64,000 bases of DNA from positions 14,699 through 78,698 of the IMG/VR virus record IMGVR_UViG_3300025413_001414. One strand, given 5' to 3'. The translations under genes and the position numbers were made by a program. The notes under the pieces are model-generated. The model worked only from the letters and a program-made list of their open reading frames with translations, was not told the origin of the DNA and did no database searches. Shown here in pieces: positions 1 to 11,120 of this stretch (the stretch's first letter is position 1; every line of letters starts with the position of its first letter). This stretch comes from a virus.

Positions 1-129
1 TGGTGCAAGTGCGGCTTCATACATCATATTTGATTGATGTAGAAAATATTGTCTAGCCTGCTCTTGAGGTGATAAATTTTTGTATCTTGGTAGGTTTTTA
101 AATCTTTCCCAATTTTGTCTATTCCACAT
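1..129 (-). CDS. Hypothetical protein, 5' part (runs off window)
   Basis: ATG at 129 reads MWNRQNWERFKNLPRYKNLSPQEQARQYFLHQ; AATATATA motif upstream (150-157 on - strand). Confidence 0.6.
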   Translation of the reverse strand, partial: MWNRQNWERFKNLPRYKNLSPQEQARQYFLHQSNMMYEAALAP

Positions 130-168
130 TTTGATTGTTTATTTTTTGCTATATATTAAAATTTCACT

Positions 169-792
169 TTAAAATATTTGGTTTTTAATAAAATTTAAAA
201 TCATTTGGTCTTTATTACACATTTCATTGTACCACATCCAGACATAGTTACTTTCTATGAATAATGTACCATCTCTATAAGCTTGTATATTCTTTTTAAG
301 AAGTTCTATATCTGAAGATTCTATATCATATTCAATAGAAAGTTCCTGACATATTTTATAAATACCAATTATATCATTTGAAGAATAAAATTTAGACGCT
401 TCCACGTAAAGGTTATTTAATCTTTTATTAATAATCTTATCAGTATGTGTTACCTTTGCTATTTCTCGGTACAATTTTTTAATTTTATTTGTTCTATTAT
501 CCTCGATATTATTATCTTCCTCATCGAGGTTCTCAATTTCGGTTCTAGAAGAATCATCTTCTTCATCAGATATTTCTTTTGATTGTGTGTCAATATATGA
601 TTTTAATTTTATGTCGAATTTTTCATTATAAATTGATTTTAATTCTGAATTTTTATTTAATATTTTATCTACGTCTTTTAAAAATTCAGAGTCGGCTTCT
701 CTAATCAATTCTGATTTATATTCATAATCTGCTTTAACAAATTCATACTCCTTGAGTAATTTATTAATCTCAAGTTTTTTTATATCTAACAT
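169..792 (-). CDS. Coiled-coil protein with degenerate DnaJ J-domain
   Basis: KKLYREIAKVTHTDK resembles J-domain helix II + HPD loop (HTD here). Confidence 0.55.
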   Translation of the reverse strand: MLDIKKLEINKLLKEYEFVKADYEYKSELIREADSEFLKDVDKILNKNSELKSIYNEKFDIKLKSYIDTQSKEISDEEDDSSRTEIENLDEEDNNIEDNRTNKIKKLYREIAKVTHTDKIINKRLNNLYVEASKFYSSNDIIGIYKICQELSIEYDIESSDIELLKKNIQAYRDGTLFIESNYVWMWYNEMCNKDQMILNFIKNQIF

Positions 793-848
793 AAATCTAT
801 ATATAAAGAAGAATCTTTTTTGAGTCTAATAATTTTATATATACTTTT

Positions 849-1580
849 ATGAAACTACATCAATTAACAATCGAAGAATTGGTAGAATTAAGAACTAAAA
901 TGATTCTTGAAAAAAAATCTACTAAAGAAATTAACCCAATCATTGAGAAAAAGGAAAAAGAATATTCTGATTCATTAATGGAAGATGGTGGAGGTGGTGG
1001 CGGAACTGCTGCTACTGGTGGTCCTGGTGGAGCAGTTGCTAGTGCTTCTGTAGGTTTTGGCGGTGGTGGAGTTGCTATGGGCAATGCAGCTCATGGTGGT
1101 ATGGGTAATGTAACAGCTGCTCAACCATCTACAATGCCAGGTGCTACTATCGGAAGTGCTTGGTCTGGACATGGTGGTACTATTGGCTCAGGTGATGTAG
1201 CAAATCCTTTTCCAGGTGGCGGAAATGTTTATCAAAAATCTCCAGCTATGGATATGGGTAAATCTCATGGTGCTAGAACTGGTAAAAAGAAAAGAGTTAA
1301 AAAATTAGATTTAAAAGCTCTTAAAAATACATTTGCAACAAAACAAGATTTTACTCAAGGATCTGAACATAAATCTAAAATCATGAACTTTAATGATTTT
1401 CAAAAACAAGGAGTAAATAAAGTAACAAAAGTTAAAGAATCTTTAGATAGTGAATATTTAGGTGATTGTGAAAAGTGCGATACTAAAATTTATAGAGAAG
1501 ATTGTTATTCAGGTGAATATCAATGTCCTAATTGCGATCATGCTGGGAAAATATATGAATTAAGAAATTTTAAACCATAA
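849..1580 (+). CDS. Gly/Ala-rich putative virion protein with C-terminal Zn ribbon
   Basis: Gly-rich low complexity, CEKC...CPNC, TATATATA upstream. Confidence 0.5.
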   Translation: MKLHQLTIEELVELRTKMILEKKSTKEINPIIEKKEKEYSDSLMEDGGGGGGTAATGGPGGAVASASVGFGGGGVAMGNAAHGGMGNVTAAQPSTMPGATIGSAWSGHGGTIGSGDVANPFPGGGNVYQKSPAMDMGKSHGARTGKKKRVKKLDLKALKNTFATKQDFTQGSEHKSKIMNFNDFQKQGVNKVTKVKESLDSEYLGDCEKCDTKIYREDCYSGEYQCPNCDHAGKIYELRNFKP

Positions 1581-1581
1581 G

Positions 1582-2988
1582 ATGATTAAAAAATATTTAG
1601 AATTTTTAAAAGAGGCTAAAGAAGAAAAAAGCTATTACAAACCAACTAATTTAATACAAGAGTTGTGTGTTGGTATGCTTTTAATTAATAACAGTTTCTT
1701 AGATAATATCTTAGATAAAGGATTAAAAGCTAGATATTCAGAAAATTCACAAGTGTTTTTAACAGATTTAAAAAATCTTTTATTTGCTAAAAATAGATTA
1801 CACTTAGGCAAATTTATAGGTAATGAATGTGTATCTGAAGACGAGCCATCAAAAGTAAATGGTTTATTTGAATCAGTTTCGTTTAATATAGAAGACGATT
1901 GGAATAAACTAGTTAATGCTAGATTAATTGCCAGAAATATTATTGATAAGTTGTTACCAGATGAAAAAGTTACTGAAGACAGAGTTAAACATGTTTTTTG
2001 GATAGGTCCTAACAAAGATGAAGATCACCAAGAAGACATGGTTGTTGAACTTTCAGATGGTAGACAATATTCTTTTTATTTAAATAAGAACTTATCTTCT
2101 TCTAAAACTGCAAGTTTTAACACATTTGCTGATGATTTAATTGGTAATGAAATTGATAAATTATATGGTCCTGAATATATTGCAAAATGGAATAAACTAG
2201 TTCAACAATGGGTTAGGACTATTTATGATAATGCTAATAAGAATGTTCAAGTACATATCGAAAAATTTATTGATGAAGATAGAATTGATTCTTTAGATTG
2301 GTTTAGATATTTTGAAATTCAACACAGAGACCCAAGATACAAACATCTTGGTGAATATATCAAAGAATTTGATAAAAACATTTTATATTTTTCTGATTTG
2401 ATGTCTGAAATTTGGAAACATCGTGATATGTGTTTCATGGATGTTGAGAGGGTTTATAATGAATGGGAAGAAACTAAAATATTTATTTTAAATTCTAAGA
2501 TATTAGAACATTTATTAACTGAATCATTGACTAAGAATAATATAGATGATATTAAGAAATTAGATGATGGGTTCAAATTAGCAGAAGGCACTGTTAAGAT
2601 GAAATTGGTTAAGACTATTGTTGAAAAAATGGGATGCTCTGAAAGATATACTTATTATTTAGGTAATAATGGTAATATATTTAATCAAATTCCTTCTAGA
2701 GATTTCTTTAGAAGCATCTATAACGATTTAACAGTTAAGTTTGACTATCATGTTAAATTCTTAGTAGAAGAGGAAGAGGAAAATAATGATTTTAATATTA
2801 AAATATCGGTCTTGTTGGATAATGATGTATTAATTAAGTTTAATATACTGGTTAAATTTGCTGGTGGTGACATTAGTTCCAAGCTAAGCGCTAAATATTT
2901 TTTTCATCTTAGTGATGACTTTAACTATAGGGTATCAAACATAGAAAAGTCTGAATCAGAAAATGAATTATCTACCCAGAAAACCTAG
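1582..2988 (+). CDS. Hypothetical protein with N-terminal IKKYLEFLKE tag
   Basis: 468-aa ORF, no family recognised. Confidence 0.6.
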   Translation: MIKKYLEFLKEAKEEKSYYKPTNLIQELCVGMLLINNSFLDNILDKGLKARYSENSQVFLTDLKNLLFAKNRLHLGKFIGNECVSEDEPSKVNGLFESVSFNIEDDWNKLVNARLIARNIIDKLLPDEKVTEDRVKHVFWIGPNKDEDHQEDMVVELSDGRQYSFYLNKNLSSSKTASFNTFADDLIGNEIDKLYGPEYIAKWNKLVQQWVRTIYDNANKNVQVHIEKFIDEDRIDSLDWFRYFEIQHRDPRYKHLGEYIKEFDKNILYFSDLMSEIWKHRDMCFMDVERVYNEWEETKIFILNSKILEHLLTESLTKNNIDDIKKLDDGFKLAEGTVKMKLVKTIVEKMGCSERYTYYLGNNGNIFNQIPSRDFFRSIYNDLTVKFDYHVKFLVEEEEENNDFNIKISVLLDNDVLIKFNILVKFAGGDISSKLSAKYFFHLSDDFNYRVSNIEKSESENELSTQKT

Positions 2989-3826
2989 CTCCCTTTGATA
3001 TATTTTCAAAGGCCCATAACGGTTGAAAATTATTAAAATTATTTAAGTTATAAACTTCCTCTTCTGTTTTTGCCCAACTACTAGGGATTATGTGATCTAA
3101 ATGCCACTCACCATAGTTTTCCCAACACATTCCGTCTATAAATTTATTTTCAATAAAAATGATAAATTCCTTGATTCCACAACCTAATATTTCCTCTGTT
3201 CTTCTGTTTTTATTACATCCATAATTTCTTATGGATGACCTGATTAGAGATTGTAAATTCATTCTTAATTTAAATAATGGATCATTATCTCTTTTATTTT
3301 TTGCCCAATTTCTATGGTATTTACGATGGATTTGAATATTTTCCCTGTATAATTCTCTACTTCTCTCACTTACCTTCTCTTTATTATTTTGATAATAGTT
3401 TCTTTTTTTATTATATTCTATATAATACTCCTTACGTTTATCCTTATTATTTTTCCTATATAATTCTAATTTTTCTCTATTGTTATTACACCATATTTTA
3501 CTTCTTTCATTATTTTTTATTCTATCTCTATCTTTATTTTTTTGATAATTTAATATTGAGTGACATTTTTTACAAACTGATAATTTCTTATAAAAGTCGC
3601 TAACCTCCTTTTCTGTATTGCAATTTTTACAAATTTTATTTGACATCTGTAAATTGCGACATTTCACAGAACATGAATAGATATTATTTTGTTTTTTAAT
3701 ATTCTTAATGTATTCCTTATACATCATTTCTTTATGTGTATCACAATAATCACATTTTATCTTAATCTTAATATGACTTCCTGAGCTTAAGTGTTCTACA
3801 TTAACTAGTATTGTATTACCGGACAA
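2972..3826 (-). mobile_element. HNH-type homing endonuclease, probably 5'-truncated
   Basis: CWENYGEWHLDHIIP...NFQPLWAFENISKG motif, Zn knuckles; only a TTG start. Confidence 0.7.
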
Positions 3827-4401
3827 ACAATCATATCCGAGTTTTCTATAGTGACTTCTGGACTATGGGTAACCCAACTGATATTTCTTTATCAGAATTT
3901 AATAAATCATGGTTTGCAGTTTGGTGGAATAATAAGTATGGAATAGGAATAGCCCAAAGTGATCCTACCGTTACACAACCACAAGCTTGGAGAATACCTC
4001 TTGTTTATCAATTTCAACAATCAATATTATCACCACAAGTTTGGTCTGACACATGGCATCATATAGCCATCGTAAGAGATCCAACATCACCAGGATATAA
4101 TGAGGATCCGAATGTTCCAACTCTTTGGAGATGTTATATTGATGGTCAGCTTATTACAGTTGCTCATGATCCTTATAATTTTAATGGATTATATGGAGTC
4201 CAAAACAATTCAATATTACCAACTACTGGAAAAATTGTAATAGGTAAAGATCCTTCAAATGGGTATATTGAAGGTAATGGCAGATTTAATATTTTAGGTG
4301 GACCTGGACAAATGTATTATGATGGTTATATAAGCGAATTAAGAGTTAGTGATATAGCAAGATACACAGATAGCTTCACACCACCTACGAATCCTTTTTA
4401 A
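3811..4401 (+). CDS. LamG/concanavalin-like domain protein (probably C-terminal fragment of a virion protein)
   Basis: WHHIAIVR...YIDG...GYISELRVSDIARYTDSFTPPT LamG-like signature. Confidence 0.65.
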   Translation: MYYRTNNHIRVFYSDFWTMGNPTDISLSEFNKSWFAVWWNNKYGIGIAQSDPTVTQPQAWRIPLVYQFQQSILSPQVWSDTWHHIAIVRDPTSPGYNEDPNVPTLWRCYIDGQLITVAHDPYNFNGLYGVQNNSILPTTGKIVIGKDPSNGYIEGNGRFNILGGPGQMYYDGYISELRVSDIARYTDSFTPPTNPF

Positions 4402-4430
4402 CAGAAAAAGATTGTAGTAATATATAACTA

Positions 4431-7334
4431 ATGGCAATTAAATTTTCATTATCACCTGCACCATTATTTTTAGTACCTGATATCAAATCGTTAGTAAAGT
4501 TCTCTAATGGTGATTTAGGCATATCAGATCAAACCAAGTTAAGAACAATTGCCAAAAATGTATCTAATTCTAAATCAGATTCACAATTAGACCAACTTAA
4601 AAATTTAATGGGATTTACATTAACTGGTGCAAATAGCAGTTATTATAAAAATGGAAAATATCAAATATCAACATCTGACATTAACTTAACACATAATAAT
4701 GATCTATCAGGATTAAAAGCTCTTGAAAAGTCTTTAATACAATCTATATTTGAGAGCCAAAAGCCTTATGCTGAGGTGTTCATACAAACAACTGGAGTCT
4801 TAGTTAAGATAGAAGATATAATTGCTCGTGTTTTATCTGTTGGTGGATCATCCCTCAAACCTTTTTATAATCCAAAAGCTTTAGGATATGGTGGATCAGA
4901 ATTAAATAGTGAGTTATCTAAATTACAATCTTTAAAAAATAAACAAAGAGGACACGGTAACACCCAAAGTGGCATTAATAATAATAAGGTAAAAACAACT
5001 GATCAACCAAATATTGGTTATGAGTATAAAATTGACTCAATAGTTTATTCAACAGGTGAATATGATCCAACGGTTAAATATAATTATGAATATAGAGATA
5101 TTTTAGATGATACTATAAATTTAAGCGATTTAAGTAATAAAGGAGTTGACGTTTTAAATCAAGAAAACAATCAACCAAAACCAAAGATTGTAGTTTTTGG
5201 AATATTTAATAGTAAAGGACATGTAGTTGATAATGTACCATCTTGGTTAGAAAAAAGTGGCAAGTGGTTTGGACACTTTGATATGGTTACTAATTTTAAG
5301 TATATTTGGTCTAAGCAAAATTTAGCTGATAAAATATCATTTGGATCACCCGGTAAAGGATGGGTTCAAAAAAAAGATATAATAGGAAATCCGATTGTAG
5401 TTGCTGGGACAGGTAGTGAATTGAATTCAATTGCTAATTATTACAATGATCAAATTCAAAGAAATTTAGATGATCTAAATATAGAGAAACAACAACAAAC
5501 TAAAATAAAAAGCCAATTAAATCAAAGTTTAAATTCTGGAACTCAATCAATTTATCAAACTCAATTAGATACAATAATCAGTTCAGGATTTTTACCAACT
5601 GTCCAATTAACAAATGGCAAAAATCCAATTGGAAAATATCCTTTTCTTCCTAAAAATATTGTTTGGTCTGGAACAAGCTCAACAATAGGACTCGGATTAA
5701 CAGGATCAACAACACAAGTTTGGATAGACCCTGAAAATGACTATGATATGAAATTGATTCAGATTAAGCCACAATTTGTAATCAAATTTTATGATAGTAA
5801 AAATAATTTAATTGAAGGTGTGATTGATCCATTATCTATATTGAAACATTTACAAAAAAATCAAGTTGAGGTTATTGTCACTGGTGGCAGTAAATTAGGA
5901 CACACCATGGTTATTAACATAGAGCAGATTGACAATTCTAAATTAAAAGTCAATACACCATATTCAAAGGGATATTACGGATCAAGTACAGATGGTCAAA
6001 AACAAACTATAGAAGTTTTATACAGATACGCAACAGCTTTGAATGATACTGACCACTATTATATTGTTGAAGGTATTTTATCATCAGAGAATACACAATC
6101 ATTTCCTGTAGTTGATAATGGTATCAGTGTTAATGGTAGTGGATACTATAGATTTCCTAAGGGACCGATTAGCGCAATTGGTGCTTTTATAAGAATGTTA
6201 ATAGATGTTTTTTCAAAATTGTTTCCATCAATTTCACTTTTAGAAAATATACTTGCTAATCCAGCTTCTTTTATTGTTGAAAGTGTTATACTTAAAAAAA
6301 TTGGTGATAACAATGGAACTGAGGGTATAAAGTTTGATATTTTTTCAGAAGATTTTCTAAAAGATTTTAACACGATGATTAGTATGGACCCTTCTTTAAG
6401 AAAATCATTTGTAAGTAATTCTAAATTAAAAGATTATGTTTATGTTGGTGAAGATAATAATTACCAATTTCTATTAGATGGAAAGTCAATGGTAAGTTTC
6501 CTATCTGCTAATTTTGGAATAAGCTTATCAAATTTAACTCCATCACTAATAACAAAAAGCTTACAGGAACAAGGATTAAGTGCATCAGTTCCACCTATGC
6601 CTAATGTCCCACTTGGTGGAATTAAACTACCGGATACACAACCAATATTGGAATTTTTATTAAATTTAGTAACATTCCCGTTAAATATAATTAAAAGCAT
6701 TATTGAATATATAATGAATTTTTTTAAAAAATTAAGCAATCCATTTGAGTTACCAAGTGCTATTGTAGAATTTGTTGGATTCGAGTGGTTATCTAAGTTA
6801 TTTAATCCTATTTCGTTATTGGAAATTTTAGATATAAAATTCGATGTAATTAAGTTTGGATATTGGATTGCCGCAATTGATACTTACCCAGATTCGCATT
6901 TGTTTGATTTAAGTGAAATCATATCAATGCCATTTATACCACCTATGTTTAAAGCAACAAAAAAGCAACTATTAGAGTTAGAAAAATCTCCGATGGAGTT
7001 TTTAAAAGCTATAATTTGTCTAATTGCTGATATAATAAATTCTTTTATAGATTTTATATGGAGTCTAATGGGGTTAACTCCTATTTTACCACCACCACAT
7101 GTGAATTTATGTAATGATATAAATAAGGCTATAGTTAATAATAAACTTCAAGGTTCGTTTGGGACACAATCATCGATAGAATCTCAACTTAATTCAAATC
7201 CAACTCAACAGTCATATGAATATTTATATAATATAACTTTATCTGATGGGACAATTTTAACAAATTTAACATATGATCAATTACAAAAATACTTATCAGA
7301 ACATAGTGATATAGAGTTTGATTTTAATTTCTAA
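4431..7334 (+). CDS. Large hypothetical, putative structural protein
   Basis: 967 aa, TAATATATA at 4418-4426, hydrophobic helical C-terminal third. Confidence 0.55.
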   Translation: MAIKFSLSPAPLFLVPDIKSLVKFSNGDLGISDQTKLRTIAKNVSNSKSDSQLDQLKNLMGFTLTGANSSYYKNGKYQISTSDINLTHNNDLSGLKALEKSLIQSIFESQKPYAEVFIQTTGVLVKIEDIIARVLSVGGSSLKPFYNPKALGYGGSELNSELSKLQSLKNKQRGHGNTQSGINNNKVKTTDQPNIGYEYKIDSIVYSTGEYDPTVKYNYEYRDILDDTINLSDLSNKGVDVLNQENNQPKPKIVVFGIFNSKGHVVDNVPSWLEKSGKWFGHFDMVTNFKYIWSKQNLADKISFGSPGKGWVQKKDIIGNPIVVAGTGSELNSIANYYNDQIQRNLDDLNIEKQQQTKIKSQLNQSLNSGTQSIYQTQLDTIISSGFLPTVQLTNGKNPIGKYPFLPKNIVWSGTSSTIGLGLTGSTTQVWIDPENDYDMKLIQIKPQFVIKFYDSKNNLIEGVIDPLSILKHLQKNQVEVIVTGGSKLGHTMVINIEQIDNSKLKVNTPYSKGYYGSSTDGQKQTIEVLYRYATALNDTDHYYIVEGILSSENTQSFPVVDNGISVNGSGYYRFPKGPISAIGAFIRMLIDVFSKLFPSISLLENILANPASFIVESVILKKIGDNNGTEGIKFDIFSEDFLKDFNTMISMDPSLRKSFVSNSKLKDYVYVGEDNNYQFLLDGKSMVSFLSANFGISLSNLTPSLITKSLQEQGLSASVPPMPNVPLGGIKLPDTQPILEFLLNLVTFPLNIIKSIIEYIMNFFKKLSNPFELPSAIVEFVGFEWLSKLFNPISLLEILDIKFDVIKFGYWIAAIDTYPDSHLFDLSEIISMPFIPPMFKATKKQLLELEKSPMEFLKAIICLIADIINSFIDFIWSLMGLTPILPPPHVNLCNDINKAIVNNKLQGSFGTQSSIESQLNSNPTQQSYEYLYNITLSDGTILTNLTYDQLQKYLSEHSDIEFDFNF

Positions 7335-7379
7335 AACTTTCATTTAGATTGAATTTATAATATAAAAAAGATTTTTAAA

Positions 7380-7598
7380 ATGGGAAAAAAAGCGAAAGAG
7401 CATAGAAAGAAAGTAGCTAAAAGAAATGAGTCTATTAAATTACAGCAAAAAAGAATTAAACAAGCTCAACAGGATTTTTTAATGGAAATGATTGAAAAGG
7501 AAAAATTAGCGGGTAAATTTGATAACAATCCTCAGATGCCGATTCCAGGTGGTTACAAGGGACCAGCAATTGATTTAGGACAAGGACCACAGATTTAA
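7380..7598 (+). CDS. Small basic hypothetical protein
   Basis: ORF MGKKAKEHRKKVAKRN. Confidence 0.6.
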   Translation: MGKKAKEHRKKVAKRNESIKLQQKRIKQAQQDFLMEMIEKEKLAGKFDNNPQMPIPGGYKGPAIDLGQGPQI

Positions 7599-7795
7599 AA
7601 TGATAACATAACAAGTGGTATATTAAATATCTCTGTTATGAAATCTCTTTTGCTATTAACTGAGTAGAATTTAGAAGATATAGAATTAACTTTAGATGTT
7701 AAGTATCCTCTTACTAACTCTTTCTTTTTATAATCGTTTTTATGATTAGCTAAATAACGATTTATAAAAATAATAGCTTCAATTTCCTTTTTCAT
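7595..7795 (-). CDS. Hypothetical protein
   Basis: ORF fills intergenic space, ATATATA upstream. Confidence 0.45.
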   Translation of the reverse strand: MKKEIEAIIFINRYLANHKNDYKKKELVRGYLTSKVNSISSKFYSVNSKRDFITEIFNIPLVMLSF

Positions 7796-7850
7796 GAAAT
7801 TACATAAAATTTAGAGTTATATATTAAATTTTAAAAATAAAATTTTAATT

Positions 7851-8909
7851 ATGATAGAAAACGTCAATATCAATATAAATAAAGATGATCATTCAATAAA
7901 TGATTATTTATATTGTTTTGCTGAATTCGGTGAAATGCCAAGTAAAATAAAAATTTTCAACAACTATGATATTGATAAATTTATAGAGTTTACTGATAAA
8001 AATTCAACAACTAAAAATATTTCCAAAGAGTTCATTCCAAGTGGATCCGACTTCATTATTAATGAAAAACATTTTATAAATATAGATGATATATTTATCT
8101 CATTTGTAGAGTATGATAAAATGTCTGAATCAGGACACATTACAGATATAGTTATCTTCTATAGAATTAGTTCAGAATCAAGTGTTAATTCCTTCTTAGA
8201 ATCAATACACCCATTTTTAATTGATTATGAAAATGTCGGTGTTGAACAAAAATTTAATGTCTTGACTTTAACCCCAGAGGGATTACAACTTGAACCAATT
8301 GATTTACTAAACGCTGATTATGAAAATATTGAATTATATTTTAACAAAGATGTCATTAAAAAATCTAATAAATTAATAAAGATCATAAGAAAAAAGCACA
8401 AGGGGTTGAGTATCATTCATGGTGAAAGAGGAGTTGGTAAAACAACACTGATTAATCATATGTTATCAAAAATAGATAAACTTAGTATTTTTATACCAGC
8501 TAATATGATTGATATAATAACTACTAATGAATTTAAAAATTTTATTAGAAAACACAAAAAATCGATTATCATTATAGATGATTGTGAAATATATTTTTCA
8601 AATAGTTATAGTAAGTCAAATATATTAACTAATAATATTTTACAAATGGTAGATGGTATAACATCTGATATGGACAATCTACACATTATAACAGTTTTAA
8701 ACACAGATAATATAAATGATGTGGATTCTGTCCTGTTAGAATGTAATAATTTAATAGATGTAATGCTTGTTGATAGATTAATTGATTCAAAGTCAAATGA
8801 ATTATGTGAGTACTTAAAACAAAAAAATAAAATCAAAAATCCAAGGTTAATAGATATACTCAAGAATAAAAAAGAAGATTTTGATATAGTCAAGATTGGA
8901 TTTCATTAA
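7851..8909 (+). CDS. AAA+ ATPase
   Basis: Walker A GERGVGKT, Walker B IIIIDD. Confidence 0.8.
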   Translation: MIENVNININKDDHSINDYLYCFAEFGEMPSKIKIFNNYDIDKFIEFTDKNSTTKNISKEFIPSGSDFIINEKHFINIDDIFISFVEYDKMSESGHITDIVIFYRISSESSVNSFLESIHPFLIDYENVGVEQKFNVLTLTPEGLQLEPIDLLNADYENIELYFNKDVIKKSNKLIKIIRKKHKGLSIIHGERGVGKTTLINHMLSKIDKLSIFIPANMIDIITTNEFKNFIRKHKKSIIIIDDCEIYFSNSYSKSNILTNNILQMVDGITSDMDNLHIITVLNTDNINDVDSVLLECNNLIDVMLVDRLIDSKSNELCEYLKQKNKIKNPRLIDILKNKKEDFDIVKIGFH

Positions 8910-8924
8910 ATAAATATATAATTT

Positions 8925-9224
8925 ATGTACAACCTATTTACTGAAAAAGACATATTAGATTATTTAATGACTTCTGATTTCAACGAAGGATTAACAAAAG
9001 AGGAATCAAAGTTTTTACTTTTAAAGTATAGGAATTTTTATAGAAATGCTTATTCAAGATATGAACATTTCAAAAATCTGTCAGAAGATTTAAATAAGGA
9101 TTTAGATAAAAAAAATCTTGAATTAGAAAAGTTAAATAAACAATTATCAAAAATTCAAGAGGATTTGGAAAAGGAAAAAAACAGAAAACTAACCTGGAAA
9201 GAAAGATTCAGAGGAAAAAAATGA
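8925..9224 (+). CDS. Coiled-coil hypothetical protein
   Basis: ORF with heptad pattern. Confidence 0.6.
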   Translation: MYNLFTEKDILDYLMTSDFNEGLTKEESKFLLLKYRNFYRNAYSRYEHFKNLSEDLNKDLDKKNLELEKLNKQLSKIQEDLEKEKNRKLTWKERFRGKK

Positions 9225-9451
9225 ACACACAATTTAATACAGGTCAAGTAGTTTATTATGTTACTGGTGCTACTACAGCAACAGTTCATGATCCAGGATC
9301 AACTGAAACTCATATAATGTATTTCAATGGTAAAGGTTTAGCTGCTCATTTTGTTAAAAATTATGAAATAATCGATTATCAAGAATATCTATCTAATCAA
9401 AGAGATGATAAAATAAATTCAATCATAAATGAATACAAGAATCTATCCTAA
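9221..9451 (+). CDS. Hypothetical protein with C-terminal RDDKINSII tag
   Basis: ORF, overlapping start/stop. Confidence 0.6.
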   Translation: MNTQFNTGQVVYYVTGATTATVHDPGSTETHIMYFNGKGLAAHFVKNYEIIDYQEYLSNQRDDKINSIINEYKNLS

Positions 9452-9659
9452 GGAATCATTTGATAAAGCTGTTAGACAATATGAGGTAAGAACTACAATT
9501 TGCCCAAGATGTTATTCAAAGGATCTTAGATTAGTTGATTCTAGATTTGCCTGGGTTAATGATTTTGAATGTATAAAATGTGATCATAAATTTAATAAAG
9601 AACAATCACTAACTGTTGAATCTCTTAGAAATAAAAAAATTGATGATATATTAAAATGA
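9429..9659 (+). CDS. Zn-ribbon protein with C-terminal RNKKIDDIL tag
   Basis: CPRC...CIKC. Confidence 0.6.
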   Translation: MNTRIYPKESFDKAVRQYEVRTTICPRCYSKDLRLVDSRFAWVNDFECIKCDHKFNKEQSLTVESLRNKKIDDILK

Positions 9660-10483
9660 TTTTAAAAAGTCCTTTAAATTATAGTGGTAGTAAAGACAAA
9701 ATTATTACACAACTAATTAAATATTTTCCCAAAAAAGAAGATGTGAATACTTTTTATGATGTGTTTGCAGGTGGTTTATCAGTTACTATCAATACTGACT
9801 ACAACAAATATATTTCTAATGATATTATCAATCCTTTAATAGAGTTTTATGAAATTTTACAAACAGCATCAATAACAGACAAAATAGATTCTGAAATTGA
9901 AAAAATTGTTAGTTTTAAGATTAATAAAGAATCACAAGAGGAATTTCTTAGAGTAAGAGAACGTTTTAATGAAAGTTATGATCCATATTTATTTTTTTCT
10001 TTGGTTTCATCTTGCACTAATAATTTAATGAGATTTAATCAAAAATTTAAATTTAATCAAACATTTGGTAAAAGAACTATAAATGATAACACTATTCAAA
10101 AATTAAAAGAATATTGTAACGTCTTAAAAAATAAAAATATTCAATTTACTAATCATCATTTTAGTAATTTATTTCAAATACATCCACCTAAACAAGGTGA
10201 CTTTATTTATTTGGATCCACCTTATTATCATATAACCTCTGCTGGATATAATGCTTTTTGGAAAAAACAGGATGAAGAATATTTACATCAAATATTAGAT
10301 TCACTTGATAGTAATGGAATTAGATTTGCATTAAGTGGTGTTTCAAAACACAAAGGAAAAGATAATCCATACATGAACAGAATAAATAAATATAAAGTAA
10401 TTAAGATTGAACACGATTATGAAAAAGTAGCTAAAAAGAAAGATTTAGGAGAAACGCAAGAGATTTTGGTTATAAATTATTAA
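9656..10483 (+). CDS. D12-class (Dam-like) N6-adenine DNA methyltransferase
   Basis: SPLNYSGSK, DVFAGG, DPPY. Confidence 0.9.
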   Translation: MILKSPLNYSGSKDKIITQLIKYFPKKEDVNTFYDVFAGGLSVTINTDYNKYISNDIINPLIEFYEILQTASITDKIDSEIEKIVSFKINKESQEEFLRVRERFNESYDPYLFFSLVSSCTNNLMRFNQKFKFNQTFGKRTINDNTIQKLKEYCNVLKNKNIQFTNHHFSNLFQIHPPKQGDFIYLDPPYYHITSAGYNAFWKKQDEEYLHQILDSLDSNGIRFALSGVSKHKGKDNPYMNRINKYKVIKIEHDYEKVAKKKDLGETQEILVINY

Positions 10484-10509
10484 TATATAATAAAAAATAA
10501 ATTACTTTT

Positions 10510-11058
10510 ATGGAAATAAAAAAATATTCAGATTTCACTATAAATGAAGCTAAAGTTAAAAAAGAAGAAATTATCGATAAATTATTAGATTTATTTAAGA
10601 AGAAGCCTCATGTAGAGATGGACAGACTATCAAATGAAAAAGGATTATATTCTTTATCTGGTATGAAGAAATATCTTTCTAATTATACTACTCTTCAAGT
10701 AGATCAGGCTTTACATGATATTAGAAATGATAAATCTACTGGTTTAAAAGTTATCAGAGTTTTTATTAATGTATGGGATGAGTCTATGCCTTATTATTAT
10801 ATGGATTTAACTGAAGCAGAAGCTAAGAAGATTAAATCTGAATATGAAGAGCAAGAAATGAAAAAGAATAAAGAAGAAATAGATAAAACAACTGAACGTA
10901 AAAAGGGTCAAAAAGCAGCAACAGGAGCAAAATTAGCAGCAAAAAAAGAAGAAACTGCAAAGAAAGCAGCGGTAAGAAAAAAGGCAGCTCCTAAGAAAAA
11001 AGCTTCTGGTGAAGGTGTAGAAAGAGCACCAAGAACAAGGAAAAAAACATCTAAATAA
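10510..11058 (+). CDS. Hypothetical with N-terminal IKKYSDFTINE tag and Lys/Ala-rich tail
   Basis: Histone-H1-like KKAA tail; TAATATATA at 10481. Confidence 0.6.
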   Translation: MEIKKYSDFTINEAKVKKEEIIDKLLDLFKKKPHVEMDRLSNEKGLYSLSGMKKYLSNYTTLQVDQALHDIRNDKSTGLKVIRVFINVWDESMPYYYMDLTEAEAKKIKSEYEEQEMKKNKEEIDKTTERKKGQKAATGAKLAAKKEETAKKAAVRKKAAPKKKASGEGVERAPRTRKKTSK

Positions 11059-11063
11059 ATATT

Positions 11064-11087
11064 AAAAACCAGGGAAACCTGGTTTTT
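11064..11087. terminator. Bidirectional intrinsic terminator
   Basis: AAAAACCAGG-GAAA-CCTGGTTTTT perfect hairpin. Confidence 0.75.
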
Positions 11088-11120
11088 GTATATATAACCA
11101 TATAAAAAATAAAAATTTTT

